A stretch of DNA of 64,000 nucleotides from Escherichia phage vB_EcoM_ASO2A. The translations under genes and the position numbers were made by a program. The DNA lies in sequence record MZ726793.1. One strand, written 5' to 3'. Under the pieces are notes generated by a model, which was not told where the DNA came from, made no database searches, and worked only from the letters and a program-made list of their open reading frames with translations. This document shows, piece by piece, positions 1 through 7,538 of the stretch (positions within the stretch are counted from its first letter, which is position 1; each line of letters begins with the position of its first letter).

Positions 1-26
1 GGGCGCACCAAGCGCCCTTTCTTTTT
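1..26 (+). terminator. Rho-independent terminator, conserved GGGCGCAC-N-AAGCGCCC hairpin (copy 1 of 3)
   Basis: gggcgcaccaagcgccc followed by tttcttttt; same hairpin recurs at 3984 and 5122. Confidence 0.65.
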
Positions 27-47
27 ACATGTAGAGGATAAACAAAA

Positions 48-233
48 ATGACTTTAAACGAGCTTAAAACAGCCTATAACGCAACATTAAAAATAGCCGT
101 GCGTTACCGTGACGAATACGGTTTTATTGCGCAGGGTGTGATCCTGGGCTTTTCTGACGATGGTTTGATCTATGTTGATGCACATCACAACAAGGTTAAA
201 CCTGAAAACGTCATTAGCATAAAATATCTTTAA
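48..233 (+). CDS. hypothetical protein (61 aa)
   Basis: ATG ORF directly after terminator, purine-rich leader. Confidence 0.55.
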   Translation: MTLNELKTAYNATLKIAVRYRDEYGFIAQGVILGFSDDGLIYVDAHHNKVKPENVISIKYL

Positions 234-239
234 AAACGC

Positions 240-298
240 TTGACACCATAACCAGGTAGGATAAGATGTATCACATAGGGCGGGAATAGTTCCCGACC
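240..298 (+). promoter_or_regulatory. promoter + 5'-terminal GC hairpin cassette, copy 1
   Basis: -35 TTGACA 240-245, -10 TAAGAT 262-267, cacaTAGGGCGGGAAtagTTCCCGaCC from 276. Confidence 0.6.
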
Positions 299-318
299 AC
301 ATAAAAGAGAAAAACATT

Positions 319-531
319 ATGACCACTATCACAACAAAACAAGAAAAAATTATTACAGACATTGCCGCAGTAGCCGCTATTGCTATTATCGGTACCTACT
401 ATGACACCGCGCGTCCTTCCTCCTTGCATGAGATCGCCGCCGTTGCATCAGTTGGCGTGCTGTTTTACGTTGGTAAACGTTATTTATCACCAATGATTAA
501 CAAGCTGACACCGTGGAAAAATAAAGGTTGA
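319..531 (+). CDS. small membrane protein, two hydrophobic segments (70 aa)
   Basis: leader agagaaaaacattATG; AAVAAIAIIG and AAVASVGVLFYVG segments. Confidence 0.6.
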   Translation: MTTITTKQEKIITDIAAVAAIAIIGTYYDTARPSSLHEIAAVASVGVLFYVGKRYLSPMINKLTPWKNKG

Positions 532-587
532 TCCTGTTTTACATTGTGTTATAGTTATCGTGTAGGGCGGCAATGGTGCCGCGCCCC
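528..587 (+). promoter_or_regulatory. promoter + 5' hairpin cassette, copy 2
   Basis: -35 TTGATC 528-533, -10 TATAGT 550-555, gtgTAGGGCGGCAatggTGCCGCgCCC from 563. Confidence 0.5.
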
Positions 588-602
588 TTTGAGGATGCAA
601 TC

Positions 603-887
603 ATGAGTAAAGCTAACACCGTGCTAATGTTTTCCCTGATTAATGATCCCGCTTACTTGTCCAACATGACGCAGGAGGGTAACACATTAACGGCAACATT
701 CACCAATAAGCTTGACCGAGTGATCATCATCTCACTGAAAACAGTTAGTAAAGGCTTTTACTCGTTAGCTTATCATTGGATCACTGATACCGACGAGACA
801 AGCCAGGACTATAGCGCCCCTTTCCCTGAATCAATGGCACGGGAGATCATCGCCGCCGTTGTAAATGATGGTTTGTTTACTGCATAA
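603..887 (+). CDS. hypothetical protein (94 aa)
   Basis: start moved to ATG 603 (leader ...gcaatcATG, downstream of hairpin); track start 573 lies inside the hairpin. Confidence 0.55.
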   Translation: MSKANTVLMFSLINDPAYLSNMTQEGNTLTATFTNKLDRVIIISLKTVSKGFYSLAYHWITDTDETSQDYSAPFPESMAREIIAAVVNDGLFTA

Positions 888-904
888 ATAATTTAGAAAA
901 AGGC

Positions 905-961
905 TTGCAATCATTTTGAGATAGTGTATATTTAATTCATAGGGCGGCGGGAATAGTTCCC
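905..961 (+). promoter_or_regulatory. promoter + 5' hairpin cassette, copy 3
   Basis: -35 TTGCAA 905-910, -10 TATATT 927-932, tcaTAGGGCGGCGGGAAtagTTCCC from 940. Confidence 0.5.
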
Positions 962-984
962 AAAGCAAACGAGAGGATTACACG

Positions 985-1104
985 ATGAGCAAGTACACAG
1001 TAGAATACACGGTAGAGAATCCGGTAGTATCCGAAGGTAAAAAGATGACATTTGCCATCAGTATAATCGCTTTCGTTGTCACTATCTTATCAATCATCTT
1101 ATAA
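985..1104 (+). CDS. 39-aa peptide with C-terminal transmembrane segment
   Basis: not in track (<60 aa); gagaggattacacgATG; MSKYTVEYTVENPVVSEGKKMTFAISIIAFVVTILSIIL. Confidence 0.45.
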   Translation: MSKYTVEYTVENPVVSEGKKMTFAISIIAFVVTILSIIL

Positions 1105-1114
1105 GGTGCACACC

Positions 1115-1276
1115 ATGAAAATAACAGACATTATCAAAGAGATCGCCCTTGCCGCTGGCGTTGAAGTCGAGGAAGTGATCGCGCTCAATCTTACAGAAAA
1201 CGATCTGCGCAACTATGAAGCGGAAAGCGTGAAAGCAAGCGGCGCGGTCCTGGCATATAATCCGGCTAACAAATAG
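1115..1276 (+). CDS. hypothetical protein (53 aa)
   Basis: taaggtgcacaccATG; track ORF 1076 trimmed to this ATG. Confidence 0.5.
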   Translation: MKITDIIKEIALAAGVEVEEVIALNLTENDLRNYEAESVKASGAVLAYNPANK

Positions 1277-1277
1277 T

Positions 1278-1332
1278 TTGACAAGCTGAATCAACCTGAT
1301 AAGATGTATCACATAGGGGCGACAAGCGCCCC
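1278..1332 (+). promoter_or_regulatory. promoter + 5' hairpin cassette, copy 4
   Basis: -35 TTGACA 1278-1283, -10 TAAGAT 1300-1305, cacaTAGGGGCGacaaGCGCCCC from 1314. Confidence 0.6.
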
Positions 1333-1356
1333 GCCTAACAGAAGAGAGAAAAAATC

Positions 1357-1635
1357 ATGACCATCGTTAAATTAACAACCGAAGAAATGAAAACAATGTT
1401 AACCACTAATTTACAAAATTGGAAAATTGGTGTTGACGTTGAAACAGTGTGCAAGTTGAACGACAAACTAACACCGGACGACATTGAAACGATCATCCGT
1501 GCAGATTTCTATGATGCTTTATACGATGATTCCACAGTCCTTGAAACGATGTTGGATAACGCTTGGATCAATCCCGATTTGGCGGCTTATGGTCATCTTG
1601 CCTTTGAAGCCATCCATAATGTTTATAATCGTTAA
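1357..1635 (+). CDS. hypothetical protein (92 aa)
   Basis: leader agaagagagaaaaaatcATG. Confidence 0.6.
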   Translation: MTIVKLTTEEMKTMLTTNLQNWKIGVDVETVCKLNDKLTPDDIETIIRADFYDALYDDSTVLETMLDNAWINPDLAAYGHLAFEAIHNVYNR

Positions 1636-1645
1636 GGGGGATAAC

Positions 1646-1756
1646 ATGAATCCGAAAGATATGCAAGCATGGAAAGGGTACGACGATCTAAGCGCCTTGC
1701 GCAATAAGTCAAGCCGTAACTTTAGACGGTTGGAAGCAAAGAAAAAGAAAAAATAG
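1646..1756 (+). CDS. hypothetical basic peptide (36 aa)
   Basis: taagggggataacATG; ends in KKKKK. Confidence 0.4.
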   Translation: MNPKDMQAWKGYDDLSALRNKSSRNFRRLEAKKKKK

Positions 1757-1757
1757 T

Positions 1758-1813
1758 TTGACAAGTCCGCGTAGTCTGGTAATATGTATCTTGTAGGGCG
1801 GCAATGGTGCCGC
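1758..1813 (+). promoter_or_regulatory. promoter + 5' hairpin cassette, copy 5
   Basis: -35 TTGACA 1758-1763, -10 TAATAT 1780-1785, cttgTAGGGCGGCAatggTGCCGC from 1794. Confidence 0.6.
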
Positions 1814-1834
1814 TCACAAGAAGAGAGAAAAATC

Positions 1835-2119
1835 ATGAAAATTACAAAAAGCCTAACTAATTATGCAGCACGTCGCGGATTATGCTTAACCGTTGAAAAC
1901 TTAGGGAAAGAAGACTTTTTGTGTTTTTGGGAGCTTGAGAATGATTGCGAGTGGATGTTTTCTTATTCTATCTGCGAAGATCAAAACGGTTGTTTGTTAA
2001 CCTGGCGCGGTAATATCTATTTACCGGAAGAAATTAAAGAAGAGTTACCAGGTACGATCATGACAGAGAGACAGCTTAAAGAAGTGATCAATTTTGTAGG
2101 GCAAAACATTAAAAAATAA
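1835..2119 (+). CDS. hypothetical protein (94 aa)
   Basis: leader agaagagagaaaaatcATG; track start 1784 overlaps promoter/hairpin. Confidence 0.6.
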   Translation: MKITKSLTNYAARRGLCLTVENLGKEDFLCFWELENDCEWMFSYSICEDQNGCLLTWRGNIYLPEEIKEELPGTIMTERQLKEVINFVGQNIKK

Positions 2120-2120
2120 T

Positions 2121-2183
2121 TTGACAGTAGGCAAACAACGTAGTAAAGTTTATTACATAGAGCGGCGGAATGGTCCACCGCTC
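2121..2183 (+). promoter_or_regulatory. promoter + 5' hairpin cassette, copy 6
   Basis: -35 TTGACA 2121-2126, -10 TAAAGT 2144-2149, tacaTAGAGCGGcGGAatggTCCaCCGCTC from 2158. Confidence 0.55.
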
Positions 2184-2204
2184 ACAACAGAAGAGAAACA
2201 AATC

Positions 2205-2375
2205 ATGATCCCGACTATGTTTTATGTATCGCGCAAAGGTCACAATATTTTTTGGTCTGAAGATTTAAATGAAGCTATGACGTTTGCCCATGATCGTGTT
2301 GCTATCGGTGGCGTTAACATCACTGTAACCGATGAAAACGGCATTGAATACTATAACGGCGACGATGAAGAATAA
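2205..2375 (+). CDS. hypothetical protein (56 aa)
   Basis: leader agaagagaaacaaatcATG. Confidence 0.5.
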   Translation: MIPTMFYVSRKGHNIFWSEDLNEAMTFAHDRVAIGGVNITVTDENGIEYYNGDDEE

Positions 2376-2382
2376 TTAATGA

Positions 2383-2405
2383 GGCGGGGGGAGTATTCCC
2401 CGCCG
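2383..2405 (+). promoter_or_regulatory. GC hairpin of the same type but without an upstream promoter
   Basis: GGCGGGGggagtattCCCCGCC, no U tract, followed by aaagaggtaaatcATG. Confidence 0.4.
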
Positions 2406-2423
2406 TCAATAAAGAGGTAAATC

Positions 2424-2693
2424 ATGAAAATATCATTAGACGTTGCAATCAAGGCCATCGAATCCGGTTACATCCTGGTAAAAGATGATAAGGCTAAAAC
2501 CGTGCACCACGTTAACAAGGAAACAGGCGAAAGCATGATCACATATAAAGCCGCCTACTTTCTCCAATCAGTAGCAGATCCGCGCGTACAACGCCAGGTT
2601 ACAGCGGCTATTGCTAAAAAATTATGTGCTTTACAGGGCACAAGTTTTAACGAGATCGCCCCGTGTTTTGACTGGTCGAGCTTGAAAAAATAA
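2424..2693 (+). CDS. hypothetical protein (89 aa)
   Basis: ATG ORF with purine-rich leader. Confidence 0.6.
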   Translation: MKISLDVAIKAIESGYILVKDDKAKTVHHVNKETGESMITYKAAYFLQSVADPRVQRQVTAAIAKKLCALQGTSFNEIAPCFDWSSLKK

Positions 2694-2694
2694 T

Positions 2695-2756
2695 TTGACA
2701 ACAATTATAAATCGGGTAGAATGTATTTCGTAGGGCGGGGCAATAAGGCAACGCCC
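2695..2756 (+). promoter_or_regulatory. promoter + 5' hairpin cassette, copy 7
   Basis: -35 TTGACA 2695-2700, -10 TAGAAT 2717-2722, ttcgTAGGGCGgggcaataaggcaaCGCCC from 2731. Confidence 0.55.
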
Positions 2757-2774
2757 ATTAATGAGGGTAGAATC

Positions 2775-2879
2775 ATGTTAGAGAAAATTTTCACGGTCGT
2801 AGTAGTGGGCCTGGCGTTATCGGTTGGAGTGGTTGCAACTATGGCTAACATGATCCTATCTTCCCACGGTATTGGATAA
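2775..2879 (+). CDS. 34-aa hydrophobic (transmembrane) peptide
   Basis: not in track; gagggtagaatcATG; MLEKIFTVVVVGLALSVGVVATMANMILSSHGIG. Confidence 0.4.
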   Translation: MLEKIFTVVVVGLALSVGVVATMANMILSSHGIG

Positions 2880-2889
2880 GGTGAATCAA

Positions 2890-3105
2890 ATGATCACGAA
2901 TAAGACAGGTAAAACAGAATTTTTACGCGCCTTGCAGATCGGCAAGCCTGAGATCTGGCATTGCACTAAATCCGCGCATAATGAAATGAAAGATTTTACC
3001 GCTACTTTACAACGTGTTAAAATATCTATCACACAGAAAAAAGCCTTGTTAGTAGTAGAAAACGAGATCCCGCAAACTATTATTATTGTCGAGCGTACAG
3101 CATGA
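2890..3105 (+). CDS. hypothetical protein (71 aa)
   Basis: aaggtgaatcaaATG; track start 2872 is TTG. Confidence 0.5.
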   Translation: MITNKTGKTEFLRALQIGKPEIWHCTKSAHNEMKDFTATLQRVKISITQKKALLVVENEIPQTIIIVERTA

Positions 3106-3488
3106 AAACAGAAATCATTATTGAAATCATCAACGGTTATAAAGAAGCCTTTATTTTTGCTGAATCAGCAAGGGATCATGAAGGTAATTTTATTGATAAC
3201 TTAGACGATTATGATTTTTCTCCTAGCGCGGACGAACGGATCGCCCAGGATGTAACAGCCTTTATTAATGCTAATCTTGCCGCTATCTCTGAGGCAATGA
3301 GCGACGGCGCAACAGCCAACCAGATCGGGAATGATTTACATTTTACCCGTAACGGTCACGGCGCAGGCTTTTGGGATCGCCCTGAAATATACACCACTAA
3401 CACGGCGAACCGCCTAACCAATGCAGCTAAGTTTATGCCGAACGTGTCGGCTTACATTGGTGAAGATAATTTGATTTATATTGAATAA
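3102..3488 (+). CDS. hypothetical protein (128 aa) with TRNGHGAGFWD motif
   Basis: ATGA overlap with upstream stop; I recognise the motif but no function. Confidence 0.6.
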   Translation: MKTEIIIEIINGYKEAFIFAESARDHEGNFIDNLDDYDFSPSADERIAQDVTAFINANLAAISEAMSDGATANQIGNDLHFTRNGHGAGFWDRPEIYTTNTANRLTNAAKFMPNVSAYIGEDNLIYIE

Positions 3489-3494
3489 AAAGTA

Positions 3495-3552
3495 TTGACA
3501 CCGATCCCCAATATGGTACTATTTACCACGTAGGCGGGAAATGGTTTCCCGC
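3495..3552 (+). promoter_or_regulatory. promoter + 5' hairpin cassette, copy 8
   Basis: -35 TTGACA 3495-3500, -10 TACTAT 3517-3522, cacgTAGGCGGGAAAtggTTTCCCGCC from 3531. Confidence 0.6.
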
Positions 3553-3576
3553 CAGGTAATCAAAAAGGTAAATACT

Positions 3577-3966
3577 ATGCGCAACCTGGTTTCTGTTTCT
3601 AACGTTGAAAAATTTCAATCTTTACAGGGTATCGTTAACAACGTAGCGCCTTTTTTAGTCAACGGCTTGATTGCAAAGATGAAAAATAAACATCATGCGG
3701 CATGGTCTGCTTACTGCTTTGATAATGATGAAAAAGCGGCTGAAATGATGCTAAATATGCTGTTAGACAGTGTAGAATCATCTTTACCGGAAAACATCGC
3801 AGAAGAGATCACCTATCGTTATAATATGGCGATCACTTACCAGGAGGTTGCGCAATTTAATATGATGGACGATGACGAACAACAGGATCAGGAAATGTTT
3901 TGGGAGTATGCTGATCGTCAATCGGCTTTTGATGAAAAATTAGCGATGTATTATAACGAATATTAA
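3577..3966 (+). CDS. hypothetical protein (129 aa)
   Basis: aaaaggtaaatactATG; track start 3541 lies inside the hairpin. Confidence 0.6.
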   Translation: MRNLVSVSNVEKFQSLQGIVNNVAPFLVNGLIAKMKNKHHAAWSAYCFDNDEKAAEMMLNMLLDSVESSLPENIAEEITYRYNMAITYQEVAQFNMMDDDEQQDQEMFWEYADRQSAFDEKLAMYYNEY

Positions 3967-3983
3967 TACACGGTAAAAGAAAG

Positions 3984-4006
3984 GGGCGCACTAAGCGCCC
4001 TTTTTT
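3984..4006 (+). terminator. Rho-independent terminator, conserved hairpin copy 2
   Basis: GGGCGCACTAAGCGCCC + tttttt. Confidence 0.75.
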
Positions 4007-4071
4007 GTATTCTTTTTTCACGATGGAAACAACACGTAAAGAATAGGCGTAAAGGTGGCGTAAAACCATCT

Positions 4072-4164
4072 AAAACCGACTGTAACCGCTTAAACAAGGT
4101 AGGAATGATTAATCACCTTACCAGGATGAAAAAGCCGTTATAAAGCTATCTAGAGCGTTTAAAG
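4072..4164 (+). repeat. post-terminator non-coding module, copy 1 (related to 5180-5296)
   Basis: shares aaaaccgac ... taccagg..gccgtta.a.agc.at.tagagcg.ttaaa with copy 2, roughly 60-70 percent identical by eye. Confidence 0.45.
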
Positions 4165-4351
4165 CACATAGGAAATAATTTGCTTTTTATCTTGCCTTTT
4201 ACCCTGCTTTTGATTATTATTATGGAACGGGCGGCACCTGGAAGCAGGGGAAGATAATCACCGGAAGACCCCGCTATATATTGATAGCTAACATCTATCA
4301 AACAACAAAACATCAAAGAGATAAACTATCAAATCTTTACAATCCTACCTA

Positions 4352-4410
4352 TTGACACCGGATCACGCTTACATTATCATTTATCACGTAGGGCGGGAAT
4401 GTTTCCCGCC
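4352..4410 (+). promoter_or_regulatory. promoter + 5' hairpin cassette, copy 9
   Basis: -35 TTGACA 4352-4357, -10 TATCAT 4375-4380, cacgTAGGGCGGGAAtgTTTCCCGCC from 4389. Confidence 0.6.
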
Positions 4411-4428
4411 TGATTTAGGAGTCATATC

Positions 4429-4662
4429 ATGATCGAACAAATTAAAAGCACTAAACCAAATGTTAACGGTAATGTTTCTCACTTTATCGGGGATAATGAA
4501 AGAGGTACACCGTACGCCGCCGTAACCGTTCAACCGAACGGGGATTATTGGTTTACCGTGTACGGATCTTACTCTTTTGGACGTTCGGCACATGATAAGA
4601 TCTTGCAAGTGGTTAAGCCTACTGGGAAGAATATCACAGCAGAAAAATTTTATAAAAAATAA
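4429..4662 (+). CDS. hypothetical protein (77 aa)
   Basis: ttaggagtcatatcATG. Confidence 0.6.
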   Translation: MIEQIKSTKPNVNGNVSHFIGDNERGTPYAAVTVQPNGDYWFTVYGSYSFGRSAHDKILQVVKPTGKNITAEKFYKK

Positions 4663-4663
4663 C

Positions 4664-4723
4664 TTGCTTTATAGCTCCTGTTAACTTATAGTTATTGCGT
4701 AGGGCGAGCAATACAGCAAGCCC
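4664..4723 (+). promoter_or_regulatory. promoter + 5' hairpin cassette, copy 10
   Basis: -35 TTGCTT 4664-4669, -10 TATAGT 4687-4692, tgcgTAGGGCgagcaatacagcaaGCCC from 4700. Confidence 0.5.
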
Positions 4724-4741
4724 ACAAAGAGGAAAATAAAA

Positions 4742-5110
4742 ATGAGCAAATCAGCAATTAAAGCACTTGAAAAAGCACAAGAAGTGATCGCAACGTCAAC
4801 CACTGGCGCAAAGGTTAATCTTGTTGGTTATCTGACAGATGAAACTATCCGTAAAAATTGGCGTAATGCTGATTTACTGGCTTGCTTATTGATTAATAGT
4901 GTCGCTAATGCTTTCCAGTGCGAAACAGCCGAGAGCCTGGAGGAAAACTTGTTTGATAATATGGATCAAGCCATTGAAACCTATATACAATCAAACATGG
5001 ATAGCTGGAACAGTAAAACATGGCCCGACAATTTACGCGATACAACTGATCAACTGATCCGCCTTGCCCTGATGGTTGAACGCGATAACGTTCACAACCG
5101 CACAAAGTAA
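4742..5110 (+). CDS. hypothetical protein (122 aa)
   Basis: aaagaggaaaataaaaATG. Confidence 0.6.
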   Translation: MSKSAIKALEKAQEVIATSTTGAKVNLVGYLTDETIRKNWRNADLLACLLINSVANAFQCETAESLEENLFDNMDQAIETYIQSNMDSWNSKTWPDNLRDTTDQLIRLALMVERDNVHNRTK

Positions 5111-5121
5111 GATTATACAAG

Positions 5122-5147
5122 GGGCGCACTAAGCGCCCTTTCTTTTT
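5122..5147 (+). terminator. Rho-independent terminator, conserved hairpin copy 3
   Basis: GGGCGCACTAAGCGCCC + tttcttttt. Confidence 0.75.
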
Positions 5148-6659
5148 GCCTAAATAATGTTGATAGATTCCGCCTATGGAAAACCGACACAGAACAAAAC
5201 TGAATAAATAGCGGTATCGAGCTAATCAACCATTAAACGAATAACCATACCTCCCAGGGTAACAGGCTGTTAGAGAGCCATTTAGAGCGGTTAAAATCGA
5301 TCAACAACCAACAACAAACCATCAAAAACACCCTTTTACCTCCTTTCTAGTGCAATGATAACCATTATCATCTATCCATGTTTATCTATGCAATATAAGT
5401 GCATAACTATAATGTTGATAATAGTTCGCAACAACTAACTAACCAACAACCTAAAACAATAAGCAAACTAATCATAATCAAAGGAATAATAGCAAGATGA
5501 TTGATAACGACAAACAATCAAACTATGATGAATACTAAGCAAGATAACGATAATACGACAAAACAACCAACTAACGAACAATAACAAACGAAACCATTAA
5601 AATAATAACTATTAGCAAAATAGTGCCTGAATGAAATCATTACAAAACGAATCATTCACAGGATCATCATTAGCACGCTATGCCGGACACATAGCGAGCT
5701 AATAATAAGCCAACTACACCCCAACAATCATAACCATCGGTGATGGTTATTTCTTGTTACTGCGTAGCTTGCAATAATTGCAAGCGTAATACGCTTACAC
5801 TTATTGCGCTGGCTTATTATTAGCATTATATGTAATTACCAAGATCATAACATTAGCGCAATAACAATAATCATTGTGGTAATTACAAGATGAAATCATT
5901 AGCAAGATGAATAATTGCACGTAGCAACATGAGCGAATAGCGACAGGTTGCATAGTGTGCACATAGATGTACACGCAGTGTATAAACATACAAGAAAATA
6001 AAGGCTAATCTTTCGGGGGCGAATACTATCGCGTAGCGATATGTTGAGCATCTTCTCTTAAACGTAAATAAAATCAGAAAATTCTTGATTTATTTTAGTT
6101 TTTATGTTAATAAACGTTTAAATAATAATCATTCTCATATAAATAATAGTCTGCTTGTCATGAGCGGGATCAGTTGACAATGTTCCGTCATATGATGAAG
6201 TTGCCAAACCATTGATAAATAAGTGTTTGTGTGATTTATAATCAAGTGGCCCACCTTGTCGCTATGTTGGCATGAGCCTTGCATAAGTCCTTGAATACGA
6301 ATGATAATTATTCTCATTCTCATGATATTTGGGAATTGTCGCTGCGTGGACCTGACGGCCCGAAAATTCGCGTTAAGCACTTCTTACGTATGCGCCATGA
6401 TTTTTGCCATATGATATTGATTCTATTAGATATTCTTGCCATGATTGCCATGAAACAGGGTGTCCCGAAATAATCTCTCCCCGTAGATATTTTGGGTTAC
6501 TTTTTATACAAGAGTGGGGTGTCAAAAATAATCGGTATATATGGGATAATTGATAGGAATCCCCTATGATAATTCGATTGTAATTCCCTGAGATTGATCG
6601 TATGATGTTGGTGATTGATGATTGCCATGAAAGATGGCTAACGATGAGAGGAGATTATC
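5148..6659. other. 1.5 kb gene-free, repeat- and palindrome-rich region
   Basis: no credible ORF. Plus strand is A+C rich and G poor over about 5280-5720. AGCAAGAT(G/A)A occurs at 5491, 5538, 5901. ATCATTAGCA occurs at 5666, 5895. Palindromes at 5730-5750, 5767-5785, 5782-5796. GATTGCCATGAAA occurs at 6443 and 6620. Confidence 0.6.
5180..5296 (+). repeat. post-terminator non-coding module, copy 2
   Basis: see 4072-4164. Confidence 0.45.
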
Positions 6660-7034
6660 ATGCAAGAGAGTAAAAATGTTCCGTTGAGTAGTGCAACATT
6701 GCTTCGCTTCTATAAAGCATGGATTGCCAACTATCCTGCAATGAATCGCACAACGAGTGGCTTATGTGGTTGTCTGGTGGATTATGTAGATGATTTTGTT
6801 GGTGAGACAACTAGAGAAGAAGATAGAAAATGGCGGGATAGTTTGTTGGACCGTTTGAAATATGAAATGAGGAAACAATTTACATGTGCAGGGCTGGACT
6901 ACAATCTTCCGTTCAATGCAGATTGCATGGATTACCTTTCAGAGTGTATAAACTTGGCGTGTCATACCAACACGTTACGTCTTCAATGGGTGAAAGACAG
7001 AATTGAAGATGCAAATAATGCTTGCATTGAATAA
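6660..7034 (+). CDS. GLC/WVKD paralog family, member 1 (124 aa)
   Basis: SD gagaggag; FYKAW, GLCGC, EMRKQF, LPFN, RLQWVKDR. Confidence 0.7.
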   Translation: MQESKNVPLSSATLLRFYKAWIANYPAMNRTTSGLCGCLVDYVDDFVGETTREEDRKWRDSLLDRLKYEMRKQFTCAGLDYNLPFNADCMDYLSECINLACHTNTLRLQWVKDRIEDANNACIE

Positions 7035-7093
7035 AGATGTTTGTATAATGGTTTGCATACCGCGCATAACAGATAGCCAATGAGGAGATTGAA

Positions 7094-7303
7094 ATGTCAA
7101 ATATGAAAACTGTATCCTTGTATTTAGCTAACACTGATCGTGTGCACACCCTTGCTAACGCAAGTCGTGTACTCGTGCAGTTTCGAAACTTCGCACCGTC
7201 CGTTGTGACAGGTAGTGAAACGTGTGTTATCGATTTCATTAACGAATACTTCCGAGGGAATCCGGTTGGTCGTTATTTCATTAAGGGTCTGAAGGATGCA
7301 TAA
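7094..7303 (+). CDS. hypothetical protein (69 aa)
   Basis: SD tgaggag. Confidence 0.6.
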   Translation: MSNMKTVSLYLANTDRVHTLANASRVLVQFRNFAPSVVTGSETCVIDFINEYFRGNPVGRYFIKGLKDA

Positions 7304-7304
7304 T

Positions 7305-7526
7305 ATGAAACGCATGAAAATTCGTATTGAGAATGATGGTGGTTATAAAGGATTGGCACATGCAAAATTTCCACTTGTGCTGGAAGCTACGGTGGAATAC
7401 AGTGGGCTTGCTCATGTGCGATTCTCGAAGATGATGGAAGTGCAGGAATGGTTTTGGGACGAGATAGATGCACGAGAAGGAGAAGATTATGTTTTCTTTC
7501 CTCACGAATATGAAATTGTCTATTAA
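7305..7526 (+). CDS. MKIR/DYVFF small-protein family, copy 1
   Basis: paralog of 11243-11464 (MKIR., FP.V.EA, DYVFF); start ambiguous between 7296, 7305 and 7314. Confidence 0.55.
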   Translation: MKRMKIRIENDGGYKGLAHAKFPLVLEATVEYSGLAHVRFSKMMEVQEWFWDEIDAREGEDYVFFPHEYEIVY

Positions 7527-7538
7527 AGGTTGTGTGCA

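Noticed and set aside
573-3576. Longer N-terminal extensions given in the ORF track (starts 573, 1076, 1784, 2121, 3541, etc.)
   Set aside because: The extensions run through the promoter and hairpin cassettes and lack the conserved ..TC-ATG leader. The downstream ATGs fit the recurring leader pattern.
240-4723. Possibility that the regularly recurring GC hairpins form a CRISPR array or REP-like repeat family
   Set aside because: The spacing is irregular (about 250-860 bp). Each copy is preceded by its own promoter and followed by a leader and an ORF. The repeat units are not identical. I see no cas genes or leader.
5801-6473. Track ORFs 5801-5989(-), 6135-6380(-) and 6279-6473(+) in the gene-free tract
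   Set aside because: They have no SD sites and odd Cys/His/Ile-rich translations. They overlap each other and the repeat/palindrome clusters, so I treat the region as non-coding.
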